Shown here: piece after piece, positions 16,596 through 25,455 of the stretch
How the letters are laid out: the number at the start of each line of letters is the position of its first letter
Numbering within the stretch: the first letter of the stretch is position 1
NCBI RefSeq assembly: GCF_001465295.1
Contig: NZ_CP011034.1
Coordinates: 1,980,001-2,012,000 of the forward strand
Origin: Pseudoalteromonas translucida KMM 520
Lineage (GTDB): Bacteria > Pseudomonadota > Gammaproteobacteria > Enterobacterales > Alteromonadaceae
Length of the DNA stretch: 32,000 bases
Direction of reading: 5' to 3'
Made by a program: the position numbers and the translations under genes
The notes under the pieces: generated by a model
What the model was told of the DNA's origin: nothing
What the model saw: the letters and a program-made list of their open reading frames with translations, nothing else
Database searches by the model: none

Positions 16596-19500
16596 TTAAG
16601 GGGCTTCGCCGGCCCTATAACTTATAATAAGCAGCAAATGAAGAAAGCTCATTAAGCTATGGTGGCGCCTCGACTTTTTATATGTACCTTTACTACCCTT
16701 TACTGTAATTAATAATCCAACTTCTAAAAAGCCATTGCCATTATGTTTACCTAGAAACCTGCCCTCCTCAATTGAGGCGCTTTCGATGTGACTATCGCTT
16801 AATCCAAATGACGAAACTAATTCTTCCCAGTAAGACCTCGCTTGAATAACATTTTGATTTTGTAAATCTACTTGATGAAAACGAAATTTGAAGTGGCTCG
16901 ACTTTAATTTAAATTTTATACATAAATTTAAAAAGTTGCGTATTACTTGCTCATCAGGACAACGAAGAGCGAAATTCTTCCCTGCAGCACCATATTTCAA
17001 TATTTGTAGGGCATCAAATGCTTCACTAAGCGTTACATTTTTCTGACTTAATAAAGTATCAAATTTCTGACATAAATAATAAAATGCTTTTTGTGAAGAA
17101 ACTCTTTTTAAGTCATCTTTAGTATTATCTAAACTTGGGAAGTTAGGAATTAAGGGCAGCTTTTTACCTTTCCTAGGATATTCTCTGCTTACACTCAGAG
17201 CATTATCATGTAATTTTTGAACTTGCTCCACAGGGAGTGAGTAACTCGATGCTGTATCGTGTATTGAGTTTAGTTCTAGCGATTTAAGAGCATTTGCATA
17301 ATCTAACATTCTTATTTGCCCATCAGCTTCAAACTTTTGTTTAAAACCTTTAAACGATGGTGTGATTAAATCACTAACCTTACCCGCATATTGGATCGAA
17401 TAGTCTTGCTCTTGTTTTTTACTATAAAATTCAATTCTTTCAATTAAACTTTCACCTGGCATAAACTCCTTAAAATTAGCTCTCCCTATACATTCAGATA
17501 AAAAATACTTAGATACTGTATATGTCTGATTCATTTGAGCGCAATGCTGTATGTCCTTTAAGTGTAAATAGCTATTTAGTGTCGACACAGTGACTTTATG
17601 ACCAAGTAAATGAGACAAAAAAAACATTTTTGAGCGAGTATTGTCTTTAACTTTTAATCTTTTGTTAAAGTGAGTAATAAAACTTTGATCAAATAAGTCA
17701 TTTTCAAATATAGATAAATACTGCCTTCCCGTTAATACCAAGTTTGAATTTAATCTGTACCAAGTCCAATTAGCAAAGCTATGTCTTAGGTGATGAATTC
17801 TTAGAGTATGATCCTTAGTATAGTAATGCAGTAATTGCGTTAATAGCTCGTATGCTTTATTTACGCTAACAGAGCAGTTAAATAACAATGAATTTGATGG
17901 CTTATTTTCAGTGTTTTTTTGAACGTCATAAAAGCTTCTTAGCTTAGTTAAATGCTCTTTTGGCCATAACGCATCTAGGGGTAGTTCTCTTCTAGCTGAA
18001 GGTGTTTTTAAACCCCTTATTTTATTTGGTCTGATTGATAGTAGAACCCAATCATATTCGCCTTCATTTGGCTTTATAGGTGAAACCTGAATATCACCAA
18101 AGTACAGCTTAGCGGCTTCATTACGGCGCAAGCCACTATAAAAACAAAAACACATTAATAAATATGCATATAACTCAACCGGACTGTTATTGAGGCTGTC
18201 ACTTAAATATTCAAGAATTGCGCTTACATGACTAGCTGAAACTAAATTAGCATCAACTTTACTTTGGACAGGAGCTATATCAAGATCGTCAATACACAAG
18301 TCTTTGACAATTTCAGACTCTATTAAAAACACAGAGAAATAATATAAATACTTTTTACGTTGGGCAGAATTAAAATATTCACTCGTATCATTTAACTTTA
18401 TTGCCCAATCTGACGCTGATATTACTGCTAGATCAGTTCGAGTAAAAACATTTAAAAAAGGTTCACTGATACTTTTCACATAATCAATTACTGTGTCTAC
18501 TTTTAACTTCTTTTTAGTTACCCCTCCCTCTTTCAAAAGGTAATAAAGCCAACCACACAAAATATTGAAATAAACACTATTTTTATCATTTTTCAATTCT
18601 TGTTCAACAAATTTAATGCACTGTGCCCTTGAAGCTCTTTGGCCATTCAGTTCCCTCAAGTTTTTATAGGTATACTCTAACTTGGCTTTTATTAATTTAG
18701 GCTCAATATAATCAAAGCTGTCACTATCAAATGACAATAGCTTATTAAGCTCATTAAATTTCTTAGGTTGTTTTGCTATTTCGTCTGCAACTAATGCCTT
18801 ATTACTTATTAACCTTAAAAAAGCTGTTTGAGGTAGCTCGGTACAGGTACTAGACCGTAAATACATCTGATAGTCGATAGGGCTGAGGTTGATTATAGTA
18901 TCTATTTTTCTAAGTGTTCGTAATTTTAAAAGTGACAAGCTTTGCCAATTTGTACCACTAGCTTCTGTTAAAAACGTTATTATAAATTCACTTAATCTAT
19001 TTTTATTTACTCGTATTTTCTCAGACGGCTTAATGAAGTTTTTATGATGTAATAATAAAAGGACAACAGCATCACATAGTACGTATCGTCGTTCCTCTTT
19101 TTCGCTTTTCCCATACCAAAATACTTGACCACCTAAATACATTAAAGCATCCGGGGCATTTATGATTGTAATAAGCTCGTCAAACTGAACACCTGTTGTC
19201 ATATATAAAACTAACCGACCATAACTAGCTTCTTTTGATAAATTAGCAGTTGGTGTTTGTAGCTCTTTACTTAATATTGACTTAATTTGGAGTGCTATCG
19301 GTAGTTTTATTAATTCTACTGGTGATAACATAGGTTTATCGCGCTTTAGTACGACGATTTGAGGGACTTTTGAAGATTCAATACCATGATGCTTTAATCC
19401 ATAATTTAATATAGCATCAATAAGCATGAGCTGAAGGTGTTTAATCGTTAAGTCTTCTTTTAACCGTGACTTTAAAATGTTCATTTCACTAGAAAGAACA

Positions 19501-19703
19501 TTCTCATCGGATTTTTTAAAATACCTAAGCATTAGCATGCATAGCTTTTTATATTCGTTTAAAAAATCATCATCGCTGAATCTAATTCCAAAGTCATTAT
19601 CTGAGCAGTTTCTATAAGCATTTACAATCTGTTGAAAACATTGATGGAACTTACCTTGCTTCTTCAGTTCATTTAAATAAGATCGGACTTTAGAGTTTGC
19701 CAT
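16596..19703 (-). CDS. giant (1035 aa) tyrosine-recombinase-family protein with large N- and C-terminal extensions
   Basis: Complete catalytic signature in the middle of the protein: YSGLRRNEAAKLYFGDI (R), GLKTPSARRELPL (K), LRIHHLRHSFANW (HxxR), LLGHKVTVSTLNSYLHL (H, Y). A strong SD (AAGGGGG) precedes ATG 19703. It overlaps the upstream ORF by 31 nt. Confidence 0.75.
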   Translation of the reverse strand: MANSKVRSYLNELKKQGKFHQCFQQIVNAYRNCSDNDFGIRFSDDDFLNEYKKLCMLMLRYFKKSDENVLSSEMNILKSRLKEDLTIKHLQLMLIDAILNYGLKHHGIESSKVPQIVVLKRDKPMLSPVELIKLPIALQIKSILSKELQTPTANLSKEASYGRLVLYMTTGVQFDELITIINAPDALMYLGGQVFWYGKSEKEERRYVLCDAVVLLLLHHKNFIKPSEKIRVNKNRLSEFIITFLTEASGTNWQSLSLLKLRTLRKIDTIINLSPIDYQMYLRSSTCTELPQTAFLRLISNKALVADEIAKQPKKFNELNKLLSFDSDSFDYIEPKLIKAKLEYTYKNLRELNGQRASRAQCIKFVEQELKNDKNSVYFNILCGWLYYLLKEGGVTKKKLKVDTVIDYVKSISEPFLNVFTRTDLAVISASDWAIKLNDTSEYFNSAQRKKYLYYFSVFLIESEIVKDLCIDDLDIAPVQSKVDANLVSASHVSAILEYLSDSLNNSPVELYAYLLMCFCFYSGLRRNEAAKLYFGDIQVSPIKPNEGEYDWVLLSIRPNKIRGLKTPSARRELPLDALWPKEHLTKLRSFYDVQKNTENKPSNSLLFNCSVSVNKAYELLTQLLHYYTKDHTLRIHHLRHSFANWTWYRLNSNLVLTGRQYLSIFENDLFDQSFITHFNKRLKVKDNTRSKMFFLSHLLGHKVTVSTLNSYLHLKDIQHCAQMNQTYTVSKYFLSECIGRANFKEFMPGESLIERIEFYSKKQEQDYSIQYAGKVSDLITPSFKGFKQKFEADGQIRMLDYANALKSLELNSIHDTASSYSLPVEQVQKLHDNALSVSREYPRKGKKLPLIPNFPSLDNTKDDLKRVSSQKAFYYLCQKFDTLLSQKNVTLSEAFDALQILKYGAAGKNFALRCPDEQVIRNFLNLCIKFKLKSSHFKFRFHQVDLQNQNVIQARSYWEELVSSFGLSDSHIESASIEEGRFLGKHNGNGFLEVGLLITVKGSKGTYKKSRRHHSLMSFLHLLLIISYRAGEAP

Positions 19704-22210
19704 CCTACCCCCTTAAATAACTTATCTAGAATAGGTAATAATTCATTTACAGAATCTATGTAATTTAGTGTCGAATAATTAGCTAAAGGAACCTCACCAG
19801 ACTGCCAATGGCCCATTTGAAAGTTTATTAGCTCTGAATTAACGTTGTTATAAAGCAAATTACTTTTAAGCCAATGCCTTCCTGCATTTGCAGGTATTTT
19901 ATGTTCCTTAGGTAACCTGAGAACTAACTCTGTAGGAGAAATACCTTTAGTAACAATTCCAGCTCTTTGTCTTTGAAATATGAATAAAGGTCCATGATTT
20001 ATACGTGAATTTCTAATTAGCTTAAACCACTGACAAGATTCTTTGTAATCGAGATTTAAGCTTTTAGAGGCGGCATTTAAAAAGTCATCTATTGACTGGC
20101 ATAACTTGGGCTTTAATACTCTTATTAACCCTCTCAAACAACTAAGGTGCTCTTGATAAGCTGTGATTTGCGCATTTAAAATAGACGGTAAACAAACTAA
20201 TCTAGAATGCGTAAAATCACTATCATCTTTATCACTTATCCCCATGAGGTTTAGCGTTGGAAAATACAGGGAAAAAGTTGGTAACGGGTTCCAAACAGCC
20301 CGATAACCCGTTCCAAACATTAACATCCATGCCGTATAGACTGTAAACGCGTTATGGTATTTTAAGATTGCATCTAGTTGTTTTAAAGAGTTTAACTTAG
20401 TGTTTTTAACTTCTAATGCCAAAGCTGCTATGAGGCTCTTAACTGTCATATTCTCTGGTGTAAATTTAGAACCAAGCATACGATTACGCTTATCAAAACA
20501 CACTAATTCAAAAAGTTTTATAGGGAATTTTTCTTTACAATAATCATAGTAATCAGACTCAACTTCTTGCCAAAACTCAAATAGCCTTTCACACCGCGTA
20601 ACATCATCAATATTACTATAGCTTCTAGATACTCGAGTAGAATACATTTTTACATCGTAACTAAAATCTATATAAATAGGGTCAATCACACCTGTTGCAT
20701 TAATATAATTTCCAATAAAATTACTAATGCTATTGATACTTAGCCTTCCGCTATAAGCTTTATCTGATACCTTTTTTAATTTTTTGGCTAAACTGTTTTC
20801 AAGTGCTGCAAAACTGTCTACGTTAATAAGTAAACCTTCTTTTCTGCCCTTTAAATATTTAATTATTAAATCTGTTAAAAATGTAGGACAGGCTGTAAAT
20901 ACACCATTTGCTGTTTTAATAAGACCAACTTTTTTAATCGTTGGTTTAGCAGTTTGAGTTATAGGAAAATACCACCAACCACGGTCATTTTCATCTAGAA
21001 ACAAACCTCGTGTTTTGTCATCTATTTTATTAAATATCTGTAAATCTTTTATCTCATGCAACGTCTTACCCAACAAAAACATCAGCCATCCCAATATCGC
21101 TAGCTCAATATTTTTATCGGAATGGCCATACTTATTTAGTGTATCAAATAATAAACCCAGTTCTGGCGCCTTTAATAATCGCGTATCTTGGTAAGCAATA
21201 TTATGAGCTCTGTGCACATTACGAGTTATATCTATCTGTTTTTTCTTCTTAGAGGCGGGACTAAAAATCATTTCAATACTTTGATGCTCGGTTTTATCTC
21301 GTACAGTATTACCTTCATTGTTATCAATTACAAAAGGCATCTGAACCTCTGAATCTTCAGGGTTAAGTCCCTCTGTATCTGATAAAAAGTTTAAAGATGG
21401 TATTAAAACTGACAAATTATCAACAGCCCCAGTAATAGGTAAAGTATTAGGTTTTTTATACCATTTAGCGATGGAGCCTCTGTAACGGCCTCCTCGTTTA
21501 TACAGCCGAGCTGGTTGCCAGTCATTCTTATAAAAATGAATTAAAGTATTTAAATAACCTCTATCCGTTACATTATTAGTATATATATCATTATTAATAA
21601 TTGACTCTAACTTACTCGCGATTGACGAAGCTGAATCAAGGTAGTTTGTTAATATTTTATCTTTATCAGGTTCGAAGGCTATATTGGACTTTTTCATTAA
21701 TAAGCGAAACTTATTACAAACCTCAGCTTCTCTTGTAGATGAGCTTGTAGCTAATTCAGGATCGATGAGTGTATGTATTGTTTTAAAATAATTACCAATA
21801 AAATTAGCAAGAAGATTTAATGATTTTGAATCTTGCTTATACTCATATGATTTAATAAGTAATACATAGAATGGTATCTCATTGCACCAACCATTTTTAT
21901 ATGTGCTGCGATTAAAACTCTCTCTTGAGCTTGCATCTAGCTCAACTCCATACTCATTAAAGGCATAATAAATATACTCAGGAAGACATAGTTCACTTTT
22001 AGTAAACTCCCATAGCTTTCGTGATGCATCATTCATCCTTTTTAATAATAAAAAAACTTGTGATAAACCACTCAAATCTTCAGGAGCACTTATGCGAGAA
22101 GTAAAATCATCAAAGTCAGATTTTATATCCTCGATACTGATTTCCAAGTTTACCCCTTTGCAATACAACTCAATATGCTCAAGAAGCTTAACCTTTAGCA
22201 TACCCGTCAT
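19673..22210 (-). CDS. giant (845 aa) tyrosine-recombinase-like protein with non-canonical catalytic residues
   Basis: C-terminal region: MFGTGYRAVWNPLP (R), PANAGRHWLKSNL (xxxR-H, with N in place of the first His), QMGHWQSGEVPLANYS (H-W...Y). The start overlaps the stop of the 192-aa ORF (ATGA). Confidence 0.6.
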   Translation of the reverse strand: MTGMLKVKLLEHIELYCKGVNLEISIEDIKSDFDDFTSRISAPEDLSGLSQVFLLLKRMNDASRKLWEFTKSELCLPEYIYYAFNEYGVELDASSRESFNRSTYKNGWCNEIPFYVLLIKSYEYKQDSKSLNLLANFIGNYFKTIHTLIDPELATSSSTREAEVCNKFRLLMKKSNIAFEPDKDKILTNYLDSASSIASKLESIINNDIYTNNVTDRGYLNTLIHFYKNDWQPARLYKRGGRYRGSIAKWYKKPNTLPITGAVDNLSVLIPSLNFLSDTEGLNPEDSEVQMPFVIDNNEGNTVRDKTEHQSIEMIFSPASKKKKQIDITRNVHRAHNIAYQDTRLLKAPELGLLFDTLNKYGHSDKNIELAILGWLMFLLGKTLHEIKDLQIFNKIDDKTRGLFLDENDRGWWYFPITQTAKPTIKKVGLIKTANGVFTACPTFLTDLIIKYLKGRKEGLLINVDSFAALENSLAKKLKKVSDKAYSGRLSINSISNFIGNYINATGVIDPIYIDFSYDVKMYSTRVSRSYSNIDDVTRCERLFEFWQEVESDYYDYCKEKFPIKLFELVCFDKRNRMLGSKFTPENMTVKSLIAALALEVKNTKLNSLKQLDAILKYHNAFTVYTAWMLMFGTGYRAVWNPLPTFSLYFPTLNLMGISDKDDSDFTHSRLVCLPSILNAQITAYQEHLSCLRGLIRVLKPKLCQSIDDFLNAASKSLNLDYKESCQWFKLIRNSRINHGPLFIFQRQRAGIVTKGISPTELVLRLPKEHKIPANAGRHWLKSNLLYNNVNSELINFQMGHWQSGEVPLANYSTLNYIDSVNELLPILDKLFKGVGWQTLKSDLI

Positions 22211-22785
22211 AATTTAATCACTTTTGTACTAATTTTAAGCCATTTACATAATTCTGTTTTTGTTTTAATAGCTGGAAATAAGGTACGCCATTCTGTTGAA
22301 TCAATTACTGGTTGTTCACCTTTGAATAAGCCAATAAGTAACTCTGAGATTAAAGGGCCGGATGCATTAAAGTACTGCTTAAAAAGTAGCCGAACAATAT
22401 CATTAAGAAAAATTAAACGTCTAAGATCGGGTGTCGGACGATTAGGAAGGATCAAACATGGGACAAGTTGATTTGACTGATCTTGAAGTCGACAAACTTT
22501 ATGAAATGTAAATAAGCCAGAGACTAGTTTTAACTTTTCATTATCAGTTTTATATCCAATTATCGGGGCTTGATAAGCATCAAGTTTCCAAGTAGTAATT
22601 GTATCAAAGCTGTCGTTTGAACTTGGTTTTAAAAACGAAAATAAATTTATATTACTGATTAAATTATCTATGGTTTTTTCAAGGGTAATATTTTCTGCGA
22701 CAATATACTCAAATGTAGACCTGTCTAATAATTCATCGATCTTTTTTAATTTGCCTTCAACATTCTCATCAATCATATTCAGCAC
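22207..22785 (-). CDS. hypothetical 192-aa protein, first gene of the dual-recombinase operon (possible accessory/DNA-binding subunit)
   Basis: The ORF is translationally coupled (ATGA) to the 845-aa gene. No motif recognised. The start may be GTG 22785 or ATG 22776. Confidence 0.5.
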   Translation of the reverse strand: MLNMIDENVEGKLKKIDELLDRSTFEYIVAENITLEKTIDNLISNINLFSFLKPSSNDSFDTITTWKLDAYQAPIIGYKTDNEKLKLVSGLFTFHKVCRLQDQSNQLVPCLILPNRPTPDLRRLIFLNDIVRLLFKQYFNASGPLISELLIGLFKGEQPVIDSTEWRTLFPAIKTKTELCKWLKISTKVIKL

Positions 22786-22936
22786 CAGAACAATAAGTAG
22801 TCATTTTTGACATTTTCATAATGTGCCTAAATAGTGCCCAGATCAAGCTTTAAATGTTCGTAAAACACTCAAAAACAGATTTTAATATTAACTAAATTTT
22901 ATCTAAGTTATTGTAATAATATGCAATTCATTATAT

Positions 22937-23380
22937 TTACTGGAGATTATTATTTATAGAAGCAGTTAAACTAACGTCTTGACATGGTAGGGGTCGGTGG
23001 TTCGATTCTTGGGTTTCGTCCATCCGAAATTGAAATATCCAGCGATAGCCATGTGAACATGTTTCGTCTTCTCTGCGTTTAATTGCTTGTGCAATCTGTG
23101 GTGCTCTTTCTAAACTTAAAGCCGCTGCCGTCCAAGTCGCGGGAACATTATATTTATCTAATAAATTAATAATTCTCGACGCGCCTTCTTTAATCCCATA
23201 CTGATAATTGGATTCATTACCATAGTTGCGCATTGGCTTTTTCAAATAAACTTGAAGCTCATCTACAGGCTCCATGCCTTTATCGCCATCTTTAATGCTG
23301 TACTCAGACCCTTCTTCTACATTCACAACTATTGACATTGCTAGGCGTTTATTGTTTGGCCACTGATAACTTTTAGGCAT
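22937..23380 (-). pseudogene. polysaccharide deacetylase (PuuE/chitin-deacetylase-like) gene, 3'-truncated by the island junction
   Basis: The first ~115 aa match the family pattern (RLAMSIVVNVEEGSEYS...YGIKEGASRIINLLDKYNVPATWTAAALSLERAPQIAQAIKRREDETCSHGYRWI). Family members are about 300 aa. After 23,036 the ORF reads through junction/tRNA-like DNA for about 30 unrelated codons. Confidence 0.75.
22988..23022 (+). other. tRNA 3'-end-like relic (T-loop-like GGTTCGATTC ... GTCCA) at the island/chromosome junction; not a functional tRNA
   Basis: Sequence is GGTAGGGGTCGGTGGTTCGATTCTTGGGTTTCGTCCA. The T-loop consensus GGTTCGATTC lies at 22999-23008 and a CCA end at 23020-23022. The flanking T-stem (GGTGG/CTTGG) and upstream sequence do not fold into a cloverleaf. 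Confidence 0.3.
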
Positions 23381-23420
23381 GATTTTATTCTCTTATTTCA
23401 GCTTAATATTTATGAAGTGC

Positions 23421-24269
23421 TTAGTGATACTCTTCGCCACCAGATACATTCATACACTCACCAGTAATATAAATTGCTTGGTCGGAGCACAAAAATGCAC
23501 AGGCTTTTGCAATATCGTCTTGCTGTCCAGGTCTACCTAAAGGAATACGGTCTCGCATGTCCTGCATGTATTGTTCATACCCCTTACCCGACACTTCAGA
23601 AAAGTGTTGATTTTGCCAAGCTCCTAGCGCTGTGGTGACGTGGTTAGGGCAAATTTCATTTACATTAATTTGATGTGGTCCAAGCTCTACAGCGGCAACT
23701 CGGGTTAATCCATTCATACCATGTTTTGAAGCTGTATAAGCCGAAGCATGGCCGACAGCAGACTTTGAGGCTTGAGAACCGATATTTATAATTTTGCCCC
23801 CCTGCCCTTGTTTAACCATTTGCGCCGCCGCATATTTGGTCCCTAAAAAAGCACCACGTAAGTTAACTCCTAGTACGGTATCCCATTCACTTACGTCCAT
23901 TTCTAATATTGGTTTCATTAGATAGCCAACACCGGCATTGTTGATCCAGATATCAAGACGTCCATATTTTTCAACCGTAAAATCAACCGCAGCAGCTACT
24001 TCGTCTGCTTTTAAAACATTACAAATGACACTGCTTGACTCGCCACCAGCAGCAACTATTTCATCTACAATTTGTTGTATTTCGCTAATAGTGCCAACCG
24101 CAGTATCTGGGGCATGCTTGTCATCTGCATGGCCAATATCGGTGATCACTACTTTACAACCTTCGTCAGCCAAGCGCTTTGCCATTGCTTCGCCTAAACC
24201 TCCTTTGCGGCCAGCACCTGTAATTACCGCTACTTTTCCTTTTAATTCAGAATAGATAGCCATGGTCAC
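23421..24269 (-). CDS. short-chain dehydrogenase/reductase (SDR) family oxidoreductase
   Basis: Cofactor motif VITGAGRKGGLG, NNAG, and catalytic YTASKHG (YxxxK). 282 aa. Confidence 0.9.
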   Translation of the reverse strand: MTMAIYSELKGKVAVITGAGRKGGLGEAMAKRLADEGCKVVITDIGHADDKHAPDTAVGTISEIQQIVDEIVAAGGESSSVICNVLKADEVAAAVDFTVEKYGRLDIWINNAGVGYLMKPILEMDVSEWDTVLGVNLRGAFLGTKYAAAQMVKQGQGGKIINIGSQASKSAVGHASAYTASKHGMNGLTRVAAVELGPHQINVNEICPNHVTTALGAWQNQHFSEVSGKGYEQYMQDMRDRIPLGRPGQQDDIAKACAFLCSDQAIYITGECMNVSGGEEYH

Positions 24270-24272
24270 CTC

Positions 24273-24581
24273 TTATAGTTTTGATGTAAGGATAAAAAGA
24301 GGATTATCAGCAAACTGCTGAAACTCATTAGCAATTTTTTGCATCATTTGGCTGCTAACATCTTTTGCAAATTGATCCATGTCATTAATTTTTAAAATTT
24401 CTATATACTTGTAAGGAGGTTTTTCTTCACTCATTAACAAGCCTTCTGCTTTTAGCACTTCAAACACATCTACTGAGGGTAAACCGCCTGCAGCAGGAAT
24501 ATCTGTTTCCTTAGCCCAAGCCTGATAAGTCGACTCGTCAACACCAGCTTTTAAGTTAAACAATACGACGATTGTGGTCAT
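24273..24581 (-). CDS. small hypothetical protein (about 102 aa; possibly an EthD/Dabb-like alpha+beta fold)
   Basis: The start is moved to MTTIVVLFNLKAG (ATG 24581-24579), which has AAGG 9 nt upstream. It lies 3 nt upstream of the SDR gene. The fold assignment is a guess. Confidence 0.55.
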   Translation of the reverse strand: MTTIVVLFNLKAGVDESTYQAWAKETDIPAAGGLPSVDVFEVLKAEGLLMSEEKPPYKYIEILKINDMDQFAKDVSSQMMQKIANEFQQFADNPLFILTSKL

Positions 24582-24600
24582 GATCTTTTGCCTTAATATA

Positions 24601-24616
24601 ATTTGTCCGGACAAAT
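24601..24616. promoter_or_regulatory. perfect 16-bp palindrome ATTTGTCCGGACAAAT just upstream of the small-ORF/SDR operon; candidate operator
   Basis: Read directly from the sequence. A second imperfect inverted repeat, TCTAGGAAGAT-N9-ATCTTTCTAGA, lies at 24622-24652 (possible terminator of the 160-aa gene). Confidence 0.35.
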
Positions 24617-24698
24617 TTAAGTCTAGGAAGATACAAAGTCAATCTTTCTAGATGCTAGTTAAATAGGTAATTGATAAATGGCAATTGCACGATTATTT

Positions 24699-25181
24699 TT
24701 AATGCCCGCGCCAATCGTTTGATACTCTTTTTTCATCAATCAGAGTTCGTTTAATTGTTTTACCCGAATCTAACCACTGCCATACCCGAGATCTAAATTG
24801 CCCACAGTCAGATAGTTGAATCATTTCGTATAAATATATATTCGGCTCACCAACTCTGGTCCAATGTAACATCATGGTACGTTGGTGCTCATCTAAGGTA
24901 ACTTCTGCCGCCCAGCCTTTAATGATGTCATTGTCGAAAACTAACTTGTCTTCATGAGCTTCACCCATAAAGTCACGTATTTCTGTTTCGCCATTTTCCC
25001 ATGTGTAATGATTGGTTTGATGATAAATATTTGGTTTGTCATCAGGAATACGACAAACTAGTTTTGATTTATGTGCATCTATTTGCTCGCCATTAATATC
25101 AAAGTGTCTATACCATCCTTCCCAAACACCTTCATGGCGAGCTAAAAGTGCAAACGTTTCTCTTAAATTTAATTTTGACAT
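24699..25181 (-). CDS. hypothetical protein (160 aa), possibly a beta-barrel/lipocalin-like fold
   Basis: Clean ORF on the same strand as the SDR cluster. The GVWEGWYRHFDINGE pattern is reminiscent of calycin-like DUFs. No confident family assignment. Confidence 0.55.
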   Translation of the reverse strand: MSKLNLRETFALLARHEGVWEGWYRHFDINGEQIDAHKSKLVCRIPDDKPNIYHQTNHYTWENGETEIRDFMGEAHEDKLVFDNDIIKGWAAEVTLDEHQRTMMLHWTRVGEPNIYLYEMIQLSDCGQFRSRVWQWLDSGKTIKRTLIDEKRVSNDWRGH

Positions 25182-25455
25182 AAAGCATCCTTTAATTTTT
25201 TAGGTAATTATTTTGATACATCTATATTTACTAAGCTTGGCTAACTCATGATCACCGCTGGTTACCCTAGCTACACTGGTTAAATTTACACAGCTGGTTG
25301 TGATGACACATTTGTTGGTTTTGTTAATATAATTAACATACCAAAATTATTAGAAGGGATACGAAGTCCGTGGCTGGTTTTTGATATTTGTCACGCAGGA
25401 ACAACACTAAATAAATTTAAAGCTAGACTCTCACTATAAATGTATAAAATTAAGG

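Larger units (their letters stand above)
1..23030. mobile_element. right-hand portion of a composite genomic (defence) island: BREX cargo, xis-int-HD module and dual giant recombinase module. Its right boundary lies inside a disrupted deacetylase gene
   Basis: Two independent recombinase modules are present, and the region is visibly more AT-rich than the flanking core genes. The flanking deacetylase gene loses homology abruptly at about 23,036. The left end is outside the window. Confidence 0.6.

Noticed and set aside
22941-23022. Possible intact tRNA gene ending in CCA at 23022
   Set aside because: Only the T-loop and 3' end resemble a tRNA. The T-stem arms (GGTGG / CTTGG) do not pair, and no acceptor, D or anticodon arms can be drawn from the upstream 60 nt. 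It is kept only as a relic.
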